In this document: positions 1 through 12,670 of the stretch, piece by piece
How the letters are laid out: the number at the start of each line of letters is the position of its first letter
Numbering within the stretch: position 1 is the stretch's first letter
Origin: Raja brachyura
Lineage: Eukaryota
DNA: 64,000 nucleotides
Assembly (NCBI GenBank): GCA_963514005.1
Contig: OY740786.1
Span: 68,014,001-68,078,000 of the forward strand
Direction: 5' to 3'
Notes under the pieces: model-generated
Told to the model about the DNA's origin: nothing
What the model saw: the letters and a program-made list of their open reading frames with translations, nothing else
Databases searched by the model: none
Position numbers and translations under genes: made by a program

Positions 1-210
1 TGATCGTCGTTGCTGGCTTTGATCTGCCTTTTTGCATGTCTTTCATTAATTCGTTCTATTTACCTTTTCATAATCTCGATTCCCTCTCCCCTGACTCTGT
101 CCAAAGAAGAGTCTCCACCCGAAACGTCACCTATTCCCTTTCTGCAGATGCTGCCTGACACGCTGAGTTGCTCCAGCTTTATGTATCTATCTTCCAGTTC
201 CTTCACAAGT
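1..210 (+). mobile_element. 3' terminal repeat fragment of a Penelope-like element
   Basis: AAGAAGAGTCTCCACCCGAAACGTCACCTATTCC...GATGCTGCCTGA resembles the termini of the PLE copies at 12580 and 52400. Confidence 0.7.
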
Positions 211-408
211 CTTCAATGTTAGATAACTAACCAAAAACACAACTTGTTGGGCCACCGGTCGCTGCGGGCCCTGGCCCTGGGGTGATTGAAACGGTGGGGT
301 CGATGGAAGAGGAGGTGTGATCGCAGCAACAGGATCCCGTCTAAACTTCACTAAACTCGTGCAAAACAATTGCTGGGGCAACTCGGCGGGCCAGGCAGCA
401 TCTCCGGA

Positions 409-838
409 GGGAATGCAGGGCATGGGGGGGAATGCAGGGCATGGGGGGGGAATGCAGGGCATGGGGGGGGAATGCAGGGCATGGGGGGGAATGCAGGGCA
501 TGGGGGGGGAATGCAGGGCATGGGGGGGGAATGCAGGGCATGGGGGGGGAATGCAGGGCATGGGGGGGGGAATGCAGGGCATGGGGGGGGAATGCAGGGC
601 ATGGGGGGGAATGCAGGGCATGGGGGGAATGCAGGGCATGGGGGGAATGCAGGGCATGGGGGGGAATGCAGGGCATGGGGGGGAATGCAGGGCATGGGGG
701 GGAATGCAGGGCATGGGGGGGAATGCAGGGCATGGGGGGGAATGCAGGGCATGGGGGGGAATGCAGGGCATGGGGGGAATGCAGGGCATGGGGGGAATGC
801 AGGGCATGGTTTTAGGTGGGGGGAATGCAGGGCATGGT
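409..838 (+). repeat. G-rich minisatellite, unit AATGCAGGGCAT(G)6-9, about 22 copies
   Basis: Direct tandem repeat of an 18-21 bp unit that varies only in G-run length. Confidence 0.97.
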
Positions 839-1158
839 TTTAGGTCGCGGATGCTTCTTCAGAATGAAAAGTCTGACCCGACACGTTGTCTGTCCTCGTC
901 TTCCTTTATTAAACTCGCGCCACCGCCATTCGACGCACCTTTTAGGATCTGACTTGCCGCCAAGGTGCTTTGTTTTAATCTGTTGTTCGCTGGTTTCTAA
1001 ATGGAAGCAGCGTCCCCGGGCGAGCACGGCGACAACTCTCTGCCTCGCCTTGTGTGAGTGAAGAGGCCGCCGTTCTCCGGCCGGAACCCACCCACCCGCC
1101 CGCGCAGCCCCCTGGGATCTGGAGTCCGCATCACCCACCGCTCCGTTGACAGCGCTGG

Positions 1159-1179
1159 ACTGCAATTCCCACAAGGCAC
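1159..1179 (+). promoter_or_regulatory. ZNF143/Staf (SBS) composite motif
   Basis: ACTGCAATTCCCACAAGGCAC compared with the consensus ACTACAATTCCCAGAATGC; about 180 nt upstream of the NPAT ATG. Confidence 0.75.
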
Positions 1180-1230
1180 CCCGAGCGCCTCCTTCCGCCG
1201 GATGCGCCGCCAGGACAAACGCAACGTTGT

Positions 1231-1246
1231 TTTTACGCGCCATTTT
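1231..1246 (+). promoter_or_regulatory. YY1 motif (CGCCATTTT) overlapping an E2F-like site
   Basis: TTTTACGCGCCATTTT. The YY1 core is at 1238-1246; the E2F match is imperfect. Confidence 0.55.
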
Positions 1247-1359
1247 CGGTGCTGGGCTGGAGCTGGAGTTGGATTTGGATGGCGAGCGCTCTTCCCCGGG
1301 CGGCTCCGGTGTGAAGCCCGGCCGCTCCCTCATTCCCGTCTACTCGCGGGATAATAATA

Positions 1360-1396
1360 ATGCTGCTGCCGTCCGACATAGCGAGACTCGTCTTGG
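1360..1396 (+). CDS. NPAT: NPAT exon 1, coding part (MLLPSDIARLVL-G)
   Basis: ATG at 1360, donor G|GTGAGT at 1397; 37 nt. Confidence 0.96.
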
Positions 1397-1604
1397 GTGA
1401 GTGAGCGAATGAATGAGAGAATGGGAGACGACCTCAGTCCTGTCTGCAAATGCTGAAGGGCTGGAAGGCCACGGTGTTGATAATCTTCCACGGTGACTGA
1501 CAGCCTCCTGACCCCGTGCTAACTGTTCCCCATCACGTTGTAATGCAAATTAAATTATTCTTAAAATATCAGTTATATGTATTATAACTGCAATTTAGTT
1601 TTAC

Positions 1605-1875
1605 ACAGGAAGTGGAGGAGTAACTCAAGGGGTCAAGCAGCATCTGGGTCTGAAGGAGGGTCCTGACCCGAAATGTCACCTGTCCATATTCTCCAGAGAT
1701 GAAGGGTCTCGACCCGAAACGTCGCCCATCTCCTTCGCTCCTTAGATGCTGCTGCACCCGCTGAGTTTCTCCAGCTTTTTGTGTAACCCTTCTCCAGAGA
1801 TGCTGCTTGACTCACTGAGTTGCTTCAGCAGTTTCCATTTTTTTAACCAACATTAAACAGTTCCTTGTCTCTCCA
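1605..1875. mobile_element. Cluster of short PLE-terminus-derived repeats
   Basis: Several GAAGGGTCTCGACCCGAAACGTC / GATGCTGC...GAGTT modules. Confidence 0.75.
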
Positions 1876-2648
1876 ATTGAATTTTAGAGTTTGGCTCCTT
1901 AAATCGGAATTTTTTAAAAGAATTGTATTTGGAATGGTGTTCCAAATATTCGGTATTTGGTGGAATCGTCAATATCTCGCCGCTCACGATAGATCAGATA
2001 TATAAACACTTTAATGAACCAAATGTCAACATTGCTGTGGAGTACTCTGTTAAGTAATTAAATTATGCACCTTGAAGTTAAATGTATCTTGTTGATAGCA
2101 CACTGAATCAGAATCCATCTAATAGCCAATTTATGATTTATCTTGAAAATTAGTTGGTCATCAATTAACTGACAAATTAGGCAGTAAGCACATGTGTGGT
2201 GCCTCTCATGATTGGTGTCAGTGAGGTGTATTGCCTTTATAATCTTGATTGATATTGCAAGCAGTGAGAAGCCTTTGGATTATTTATCCTTATTAAATAC
2301 ATATCCTGTTGCTGTTGAGTAAAACTGGTATGCAATAAGAAAATACATGTATAAGTTCCCTTAAAATCGATTAAAAAAAGTTTGCAGTGTGATAATTTGA
2401 AGTGTCACTTTATGAAGGTTAGATGTGCAGTAACTAATTAGCATAATCAAGGACGAGTCGCACCCTGGTCAGTCACTCTTCTCTCCCATTGGGTAAAAGG
2501 GGTGAAAATGCACACCTCCAGATTCAGGGACAGTTTCTTCCCAGCTGTTAGCAGGCAACTAAACCATCCTTCTGCAACCAGTGAGCAGTCCTGAACTACC
2601 ATCTGATTGCCTTCTATCGGAGTTTACTGGCTTTACCTTGCACTAAAC

Positions 2649-3037
2649 CAGGGATCAACAACCTTGTTCAGCATAGGAGCCAGGACCCGTCCCTGTGAAC
2701 GGATGGCAGGCCACAACTATCGCCATACTTAATAAATAATTAATGATAGCTTTAAAAAATTGCAACAGAAATGTAACATAAAGACAATTACCCCTCCAGC
2801 TGGCCCGCTGCTGGGCTCCTAAGGAAACCACTCCAGCACAGCCTCGCTGAAGCCGCTCTCAGCCCGCTCAGTTTCACATATGCCGCGACACCGAGAGTGT
2901 CGACCATGTTGTGATATGGAATTAGCTGTGTATGTATGAGAACTACTCTCAGATGAGTGTGTGTGTTTTGTGTTATGCTTGCTGATTTCGGGTTAAGGGC
3001 CGAATCTGGCCCGTGGGCCGTAGGTTGCCGACCCCTG
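2649..3037. mobile_element. Non-autonomous hAT (Charlie-like) element with 8-bp TSD
   Basis: TIRs CAGGGATCAACAACCT and AGGTTGCCGACCCCTG; exact TSD CACTAAAC at 2641-2648 and 3038-3045. Confidence 0.9.
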
Positions 3038-3139
3038 CACTAAACTTTATTCCCTTATGCATCTACCTTGTGAATAGCTCGATCGTAATCATGTATTATC
3101 TTTCTGCTGGCTGGTTAGCATACAACATGTATAATGTTG

Positions 3140-4518
3140 CTGCTGGCACCGACTATGGTGGCCACGGTGTACTGCTCCTTGTTGTTTTGTTGTGTTTGTG
3201 CATTTGTGTTGTCTGTGAAAACCCTACAAAGATTACTTTCACGAGAGAGGTACTCATAAACATCGGACATACAGTACCTCCAAACATCGTTCCGGATTTC
3301 TTTCACTCGCTGGATTATTTGGACATACTCATCGGTGGGGCTGTGGCTGCATTCAAGGTCTTGAGATGGAGGAGGACCCGTGGGAAGCGCTCTAGAGCAC
3401 TCACTCCCGAGCATATTTCTGGCAAACGTATGTTCTCTCAAGAACAAAGTGGACGAACTGCAACTCCTGCATCGGACAAACAAGGACTTCTCTCGAGCTG
3501 CTGCCCTGTGTTTCACCGAGACCTGACTTTGGAAGTCGGCCCCGGACAGTGCGCTGCAACTGGCTGGCTCCCAACTTCACAGAGCGGATCACGAAGTGGA
3601 GGCAGTGGGGAAATCAAGAGGCGGTGGAATATGCTTCTATACCAACCAGGACTGGTGTAGCGACATCACGGCACTGTCAAATTTCTGCTCTCCCAACCTA
3701 GAATCCCTCTTTATAAACTGCAAACCCTTCTACTCTCCGAGGGAATTTAACTCTTTTTTCTCGCTGGAGTTTACATCTCCCCCCCCCAAAGCCTGTGTAC
3801 GTGAGGCGCAAACACAACTCGCTGACCAGGTAATGAGGGTAGAGAGTGACTTCCCGGACTCCATGGTCATTGTTTTGGGAGACTTTAATAAAGCTAACCT
3901 CAGTCATGACTTCCAAAATACAGACTTCATGTTACCTGGCCCACCAGAGGGGAGAGAACACTCGATCACTGTTATACGGCAATCAAGAACGCATATCGCT
4001 CCCCGGGCAGGTCTGGGTCTCTCTGATCATTGTCTAGTTCACCTTATTCCGACCTACAGGCAGAAACTAAAAGCTGCTAAGCCAGTGGTCAGAACAACGA
4101 AAAGGTGGACAAGCGAGGGCATTGAGAACCTACAATCCTGCTTTGACTGCAAAGATTGGAATGTGTTCAGGGAAGCAACCACAAGCCTCGATGAGTATAT
4201 GGACACTGTATTGTCATATGTCAGCTTTTGCAAGGACAGTTGCATTCCAACAAAGACCCGGACATGGTTGAACAACAACAAGCCCTGGTTCACTGGGAAC
4301 TCAGACAACTCCGACGGTCTAAAGAGTAGGCCTACAGGAATGGTGTTAGTTATTTTGTTGATCAATGGTGTTTTATCATTAATGTTTTATTATTATTACT
4401 GTTTAGTGTTTTCGGAGTCATTTGTAACTGTCACTGTATGTCATGTTGTTACTTGTGGGCAGAGCACCAAGGCTAATTCCTTGTTTGTGAATACTTGGCC
4501 AATAAACTTTCTTACTTA
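3140..4518 (+). mobile_element. Degenerate Rex1/Babar-like LINE (APE endonuclease region, internally deleted, 3' tail retained)
   Basis: GKSRGGGICFY, CKPFYSPREF, IVLGDFNKANL, LSDH and NNKPWFT; frameshifted; AATAAA plus a TTAC tail near 4500-4518. Confidence 0.8.
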
Positions 4519-5514
4519 AACCCCTGTCTCACGGTGCGAGTCCGCCCACGAGTGATCCCGAGTTTAAAATAAATCAAACTCGTGGTAATCACGTAGAATT
4601 AACGTAGCAGGAACGTCAGAATTCGTGGACGTAACTTAGCGACTCGTAACGCTAATGGCAGGTACTCGGGAAACTTGTTAACTCGTGAAATTTCCACAAG
4701 TCAAATTTACTCTTGAAGTAAAATGTTTAAACTCGTTGTAAGAACGCAGTAGCCCGTGGGTTTTCCGTAGTGTCTCGTGAGTCTACTGTTGGCACTCTTT
4801 AACTCAGCGGGACAGACAGCCAAGCTGGCAGCATCTCTGGAGAGAAGGGTCAAAATGTTTTTTCAGTTTGAAGAAGGGACTCGACCAGAAACATCACCCA
4901 TTCCTTCTCTCCAGATATGCTGCATGTCGCACTGAGTTACTCCAAAATTTTGTGTCTCTCTGCGGTGCAAACCAGCATCTGCAGTTCCTCCCGCCACAAA
5001 ACAGCCTATGTCTTTCAATGATTGATGCCACACCTTGAACAAATACAGTTCAAATGGACTTTTGAATGCAATTTTGGAAGAATTGTTTCTTGAAACAAAC
5101 TGCTCTAAAAGTTTGAAGGAAGGAATTGCAGATACTAGTTTAAACTAAAGATAGACACAAAATGATGGACTAACTCAGCTTGTCAGGCATCATCTCTGGA
5201 GAAAAGAAATAAGTGATGTTTTGGGTCGAGATTGTTCTTCAGGCTGGGTCTTTTTATAGTGTAAAAAAACTGCATGACATTTTTACCATGTGATGATTTT
5301 TCCACGCGTCAGTAGTTGTTGGCTCAAGAGTAACTCGGGAGAGGAACTTGGTACATCGCACAAAAGAGAAGTAAATGGCAAACTTAGACATACACGTGGG
5401 AACTCATTTAAACTCATGAACATAAACTTGGAATCTCGTAGACAACCACGAGTTTGATTTTTTTCTTTCATTCGGGATCACTCGTGTGTGGACTCGCACC
5501 GTGAGACAGGACCA
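4519..5514. mobile_element. PIF/Harbinger-like MITE with nested short repeats
   Basis: Long imperfect TIRs (CCTGTCTCACGGTGCGAGTCC...CACGAGTGATCCCGA...AAATCAAACTCGTGGT and its reverse complement at about 5445-5510), set in TTA/TAA context. Confidence 0.7.
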
Positions 5515-7169
5515 TTACTTAAACAAAAGCTTTTCACTGTTGCTCGGTACATGTGAGAATAAACTAACAACTGGAAGTGATACAATGAAGAACTATTAAT
5601 AACAAAAATTATGCTTTGGCGAGTTTTACTGAGGAAATCCTGCAGAACAAGGGGAAGATACCCCTGCTTCTCATCTACAAGCTAGTGCAGTTGAAAATGG
5701 AGAGCTCTTAGTCTTGCACTGACAGCCTGGGTGATCTGCTTATTAATATCTCTTCAATAGGGTCTACACCCAGAATCTGAGTTGATTGTGCATTTATGAG
5801 GCAAAGGGTTACTGACTAAATAACAGTGACCGTGGTTTGAGGTGTTTTGTATGCAGAGAATTGTATCGAAAGGTGTGTCACAGTCATATGTTATGTTTGT
5901 CGTATTATTATTTTGTGCATTTGTTTCAGTGATTACATTAACATTTGCAAACAGCTTGGAGTGCTAAGGGCATGCATGTATGGAAAATAGTTTTATTAAA
6001 ATTCTATGCAGTACGTGTATGGTGAATTTCCAGTAGCTTGTTCAAAGGCTTGTGCTCATTAATGGTTTAAGTTTTGTATTATATATGTTGATAGAAATTC
6101 TACCTAAACGTACTGTTTTAATGTTCATAATGTTTGCAATACTATTCATTCATGTTGTGTGATGTTATAATACTAAATAATAATACCATTATTTGAATGT
6201 ACATTATGGTCAATATGTTCTGGTGATCGTTAAACAAGTAGCAATGTTTCACTGTTCAGAGTTTGCATCGGCATACCACGTAGAATTGAATAGTTAGATT
6301 CTAAGCTTACCTAGACTGATTGCAAAGGCTATAGGGAGGTTGCATGATAGTCGGGTCACGACCCATGACCCGTACTATTGCTACGCTGCGCCAACTGGAG
6401 TACACGCGATGAACTGCAGGTAAGCATTTACCATAGTTAAAACCCGCCGAAATTGTCAATTTTTGCGCTGTAAATAATTATGAAATCAGGGTAAGCATGA
6501 GAGACATTTATCCTCCTTCAGAATTCCAAAAGTAAGTAGAAATGACGGTAGATAGAAGCGAGAGCCGAAGGGACAACAACAGCCAAAGTGCTTGGCGAAC
6601 ATTGGCCTTTTGCTCACTGCATTATTTGTGTTTTTTCTTGATTCCTTTGGCATCTAAAACGTTTCAGAAGTGATAAATCTGGCTGAAAATTTTTTTATTG
6701 CCCATGATTCTCAAGTAATTTTTTACATACAAAAAGAAATGCCTCTGGAGCAAAATTTATCATTAAAAAAAATCGCAAATCATACGTGGGTTTTGAATTA
6801 GATTTTACTGAGATGCAAGCTAAGGAATGGCATAATTGTTAGCTGTTAATTGGACAAAATCAACCTCAGCTACTTGACAATATCCTATTGAAAGGGAATG
6901 GGTGTAGACACCAATAATTTCTGACTTTCTAAATGTTCTTATTTTTCGAGCTTTTCAAAAATGTAGGGAAATATTGATTTTGTAAATTTAGAAACACTCT
7001 CTTGTGTCTTAATTAGCATCAAAGCTCCAACCTGAGATTATCATAAATGATGGGAGTAGAATCGACCCATCAAGTCTACTCTGTCATTCAATCATCTCTC
7101 CCTCCATCCCCCATTCTCCTGCCTTCTCTCCTGTATGTCTCTGACACCTGTACTAATCAAGAATCTATC

Positions 7170-7705
7170 TAATTTACCTAATCTGAGGAAAGACATTCTT
7201 GCCATAGAGGGAGTACAGAGAAGGTTCACCAGACTGATTCCTGGGATGGCAGGACTTCCATATGAAGAAAGACTGGATAGACTCGGCTTGTACTCGCTGG
7301 AATTTAGGAGATTGAGGTGGGATCTTATAGAGACTTACAAAATTCTTAAGGGGTTGGACAGGCTAGATGCAGGAAGATTGTTCCCGATGTTGGTGAACTC
7401 CAGAACAAGGGGTCACAGTTTATGGATAAGGGGGAAGTCTTTTAGGACCGAGATGAGAAGATCATTTTTCTCACAGAGAGTGGTGAGTCTGTGGAATTCT
7501 CTGCCACAGAAGGTAGTTCAGGCCAGTTCATTGGCTATATTTATCAGGGAGTTAGATGTGGCCCTTGTGGCTAAATGGATCAGGGGGTATCGAGAGAAGG
7601 CAGGTACAGGATACTGATTTGGATGATCAGCCATGATCATATTGAATGGCGGTGCAGGCTCAAAGGGCCGAATAGCCTACTCCTGCACCTATTTTCTATG
7701 ATTCT
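7170..7705 (+). mobile_element. CR1 LINE 3' fragment inserted in an older antisense CR1 3' end
   Basis: ORF 7135..7617 (EGVQRRFTRLIPG..LGLYSLEFRRLR..TRGHS..VVSLWNSLP) followed by a CR1 3' UTR ending TTCTATG. Confidence 0.92.
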
Positions 7706-8790
7706 AAGCCTGCCTTAAAAATATCCACTGACTTGGCCTCCTCGCCTTGTGTGGCAAAGAATTTCCTCCTGTCAAAAACGATCACTACTTTACACTACCC
7801 AAGACTTGCTCACTGCCGAGGTTTTGCTATGCTTTGCTAATGCCTCTCAGATATAAAGGGTTAGGGCTTGGATGCCCTTGCATAAGGCTTATTGTGAATC
7901 TATGCAAGTCCAAGTTTGATGCCAGGAAGTCCCTTTGAATGATAGGTATACAATCAGAAAAGTTATGTGGAATTTTCTTCCTTCTCACCCATATAGTCAG
8001 TTTCCCTAAGCTGTGCCATCATAGAAATGCTACCAGGAAACCAGGTGAAATCTATGGGTTTGTCCCAAATGGTCACCCATTCCTTCTCTCCAGAGATGCT
8101 GCCTGTCCTGCTGAGTTACTCCAGCATTTTGTGTCTATCTCCCGTGTAAATCAGCATCGGCAGTTCCTTCCTAAACACCTGACCCACTGAATTACTCCAG
8201 CATTTGGTGTCCACCAGGTGTAGTCTGCTGTAGCCAGAAGTGTGGTGGAAAGGAGATCAGTTTAGATGTATGGTGCATGATCTGTTGGAACGCCAACCTG
8301 TTGATATGTGGCTGGTTTATATAACAAATAGTGCTGGTTTGGGGTCAAGCAGATACTAAATTCCTGCTGTATGTTTAACTTGGTGTAGCTTCTCGGTTCT
8401 TTCCCCTACACCCCCCCCCCCCCCCCCCCATTTGAATGTCATCAGCCCAATGTGTCAATGTTTTTTACTGAGTTGAAATTTTGACGAGTAATAATACGAT
8501 TACTTTTATTCCATTGAGTTTTAGGAGTGAGAACATTTGCTAAAGCTTGATCTAACCAACTCGTTGATGAAAATATTTTTCCTACAAAGCAATTAAATGG
8601 ATACATTTCTAAAAACAATATTTAATCTTAATTTCTTCTGCAATTGCTTTGAGATAGTAATTCTAAAACCCTTTGATGATTTAACCATTATAATGCTAAG
8701 TGTGCCACAGCATACATGTGGCTATTACCCTCTCACATTCTGCATATGTTAGTGAGCAACCTCAATTCTGTTTATTATGTTTGTGTTTAG

Positions 8791-8909
8791 GATATCTGCA
8801 GCAGGAAAAGCTTTCTAATACTTGCAGAGCCTTAATACTGGAAAGCCATGATCTAAAGGAGTATGCTGAACACAGTACTGACGATGGGGTGGTTCCTGCT
8901 TGTTTACTG
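8791..8909 (+). CDS. NPAT: NPAT exon 2 (YLQQEKLSNTCRALILESHDLKEYAEH...ACLL)
   Basis: Acceptor tttag, donor GTATGT; 119 nt; LisH region. Confidence 0.95.
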
Positions 8910-10440
8910 GTATGTTATGTGCTGTAAATTTCTTTGGATGGTGGCAAAATTATTGTGACAATATCTTTATCAAGTTCGCGTTTATTGTCACTTAACTAAC
9001 TAAGGTACAGAGAAATTTGAGTTTACCATACAGCCATACTAAGTGAAAAGCAACAAAAAAACACAGCCACATAAAATAAAATTTAACATAAACATCCACC
9101 ACAGTGGAATCCACATTCCTCACTGTGATGGAAGGCAATAAAGTTCAGTCAATCTCCTCCTTTGTTCACCCATGGTCGGGGCCTTTTAACCCTCCGCGTT
9201 GCCATTGCCGACGGTCCGCTGTTCAAGCCTTCTCGTTGGGATAATTGAAACTCTGGCGTCGGGGTGGATTGGAACATTGGTGGCATGGAGCTCCCGGCTT
9301 CACTGTGTTAAAGTCCTCGGGCCCCGCGGTCGGAGCTCTGCTGGCCACCCTCGGCAAAGGATCGTTGCTCCCGATGATAAAGCTTGGCGCTCCGGGCCGG
9401 TCTCCAGGAAAGGCCACACCCACTCCACGTTGTAGGTCACAGGGGGAGACAGAGATGCGATTTTTCTCTGTGTCGCATGTCGAGGTAAGTGAGTGAAAAA
9501 AGTTTTCCTCGAGTTCCCCCCCATCCCCCCACAGAAAACACTAAATCATACTTTTAAAACATTCTTAAAATAATAAAAACAGAGGGGACTGACAGACCGT
9601 TGGCGAGGCAGCCACCACGGTGGCACCACCCGATGAACTCGTATTGGATGGGAATTAATTCTGCCTGAGCTAAAAGGTCAAACTTCCCATGTAATGATTG
9701 TGCCATCTAAATGAGTGGTGACATAAGATGGCATCATGCCACAATCCCTGGAGATAATGAGTAAAGCTATGACTTACACAGGTGGATGTAGATTGCATCG
9801 AACCGTTGAAAGATTGGTCTGCTCCCCATTCCCAGTGGGCAGTGGTTTGTAATGCAGATATCATGTTATTCAGGTGTCCAGTCTTACCAGTTCTATAGCA
9901 ATCTCATTAATACTTGCGAAGAAATATACATCCTAAAATTACATCTTACCTATTTTGATTGGACCTATTTTAATTTTAAATAATATTCTAAATTGTAAAT
10001 GTTTTTAATCCTTATCTGAAGGTCAATGGCCACCTTTTAGCCCAGTTTTTGCATGGTGGAGTGCACTGATAATGATGATTAACCACATATCATTGTGCAG
10101 AACGTTTTTCAACATTTCAATGTATTTTTGATTGTTGACCAAAACAAAATTCCTTGTTCTAGTTACACCAAAAATACAATTTGACAATTCCTTCACATGA
10201 CATGGATCTCCGAGTTGTGACTTCTATTTCATAGAAAACATAGAACATAGACATAGAAAAATAGGTGCAAGAGTGGGCCATTCAACCCTTCGAGCCAGCA
10301 CCGCCATTCAATATGATCATGGCTGATCATCTAAAATTAGTACCCCGTTCCTGCTTTATCCCCCATATCCCCGATACCTTTAGCCCTAAGAGCTAAATCT
10401 AACTCTCTTGAAAACATCCAGTGAATTGACCTCCACTGCC

Positions 10441-10918
10441 TTTTTTTTTTAAATGTGTTTTTATTAGAGGCTATACATATTACAAATAATATAACAATTT
10501 TTTTCAGATATAGTTAATACATCTTTCCAAAATTATATAAATATTAGCAAACCATATATATAGGCCTCACTTTTTTTATAGAGTGAAAAAGAGAATAAGA
10601 AAAAAGTATAAAGAAAGAATAGTGGGTAATTAAAAGAGTATGATTATATTTGATTAATATAAAAAAATAAAAAATAAATAAAACAAAAAACAAAACCAAA
10701 AAAAAACACAAAAAAACCCCTATAACTAGTAAACTGTTATTATACTTGTGGAAAAGAAAACGGTATACATCTTATCAATGAATGGAGCAATTTCTAAATA
10801 TAATATATAGAGACAAGTATATAAATCTGAAATTAAACATTTTGTTTGATCTTCCCACCGGGTACTTATTGAGTTTCAATGCCGAGCGCAGCTACCCCTT
10901 CATATAATCAGTGATAAT
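10441..10918 (-). mobile_element. 5'-truncated polyadenylated retroposon (L1/Tx1-like 3' UTR)
   Basis: Poly(T) at 10441-10450 with - strand AATAAA just before the tail; TSD CACTGCCTT at 10434-10442 and 10919-10927. Confidence 0.75.
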
Positions 10919-11497
10919 CACTGCCTTCTGTGCCAGAGATTTCCACAGATTCATAACACTCTGGGTGAAGGTTTTTCCTCAACTCAGTCCTAAATGGCCT
11001 ACCCTGTATTCTTAAACTGACGCCTGGTTCTGGACTCCCCCAACATCGGGGAAAAATGTCCCTGCATCTAGCCTGTCCCATCCTTTAAGAATTGTATATG
11101 TTTCTATAAGATCCCCTCTCATCCATCTAAATTCCAGTGAATACAAAATTCCTTGTTCTAGTTACAGCCCAAGCCCAGTCGACCCATTCTTTCATCATAT
11201 GTCAGTTCCGCCATCTGGGAATTAACCTGGTGAGCCTACGCTTCACTCCCTCAACAGCAATAATGCCCTTCCTCAAATTAGGAAACCAAAATTGCTTACA
11301 ATACTCCAGGTGTGGTCTCACCAGAACCCTGTACCACTGCAGTAGGACTTATTTGCTCCTAAACTCAAATCCTCTTGCAATTAAGGCCAACATGCCATTA
11401 GCTTTCTTCACTGCCTGCTGTACCTGCATGCTTGATTTCAGTGACTGATGTACAAACACACCCATGTCTCGTTGCACCTCCCCTTTTCCTAATCGGC

Positions 11498-12670
11498 GAA
11501 TTTCCGTTTACCAATACTCTCCTCCGCCTAGCAGAGCTGGTCCTTACCCTCAACAACTTCTCCTTTGACTCCCCCCATTTCCTCCAAATCCAATGGCACT
11601 CGCATGAACCCTAGCTGTGCCTGCCTCTTTGTAGGGATGATCCCTGACCCAGGCGTACCTGCCCTATCCCCGAACTCTACCTCGGTTACATTGACGACTG
11701 CATTGGTGCTACCTCCCGCACCCATGCAAAATTCACTGACTTCCGGCACTGAAATTCACCTAGACCATTTCCGACATATCCCTGCCGTTTCTAGATCTCA
11801 CAGTCTCCATCGCAGGTAACAGACTACTGACCGACATCTACTACAAACCTACTGACTCCCATAGCTATCTTGACTACACTTCTTCCCACCTTGCTTCCTG
11901 TAAAGACTTCATCCCCTACTCCCAATTCCTCCGTCTACGCCGCATCTGCGCCCAGGTTGAGGTGTTCCATACTAGGGCATTGGAGATCTCATTCTTTAGG
12001 GAACGGGGGTTCCCCTTTTCCATTATAGATGAGGATCTCACCGGGGTCGTCTCTATATCTGCTCCGCTCTTACTTCCCCTTCCCTATTTATAAGAAGGAC
12101 AGAGTCCCCCTTGTCCTCGCCTTCCATCGCATACAACATATAATCCTCTGACATTTTCCCCACCTCCAATGGGATCCCACTACTGGCCACATCCTCTCGC
12201 CTCAATCCCTTTCTGCTTTCCGCAGAGACCGCTCCCACCGTAACTCTGGTCAACTCGTCCCGGCCCACCCAAACTACCCCTTCCCCAGGTACTTTCCCCT
12301 GCATCCGCAGGAGATGCAATACCTGTACCGTTACCTCCTCCTCTCCTCCATCCGAGGACCCACACCGTCTTTCCAGGTGAGGCAGAGGTTCACTTGTACC
12401 TCCTCCAACCTCATCTACTGCATCCGCTGTTCCAGGTGTCAACTTCTCTACATCGGCGAGACCAAGTGCAGGCCCGCCGATCGTTTCGCTGAACACTCCA
12501 TCCCCTCCCCTTCCCAGTTCTCCCACTAGCCTTTGTGTCTCCGCATACATTCTATCTTTGTCCCGCCCCTGACATCAGTCTGAAGAAGGGTCTTGACCCG
12601 AAACATCACCCATTCCTTCTCGCTATAGATGCTGTCTCCCCACACTGAATTACTCCAGCTTTTTGTGTCT
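11498..12670 (+). mobile_element. Degenerate Penelope-like element (RT C-terminus plus GIY-YIG)
   Basis: YIDD-type RT remnant and SSNLIYCIRCSRCQLLYIGETK; terminal repeat at 12570-12670. Confidence 0.9.

Larger units (their letters stand above)
900..1420. promoter_or_regulatory. CpG island / NPAT promoter, probably bidirectional
   Basis: GC- and CpG-dense stretch over NPAT exon 1 in an otherwise AT-rich, CpG-poor background; no TATA box seen. Confidence 0.85.

Noticed and set aside
409-838. CRISPR-like array
   Set aside because: Head-to-tail tandem units with no unique spacers, in a eukaryotic context.
187-952. Six overlapping long ORFs (MPCIPP / GGMQGM repeats)
   Set aside because: Artefact of the stop-free G-rich minisatellite.
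812-1400. ORFs across the CpG island
   Set aside because: Stop-poor GC-rich promoter DNA; the real coding exon is 1360-1396.
7060-7080. CAAGTCTA as the right TIR of the 6310 element
   Set aside because: It is part of an antisense CR1 3' UTR (CCCATCAAGTCTACTCTGTCATTCAATCAT).
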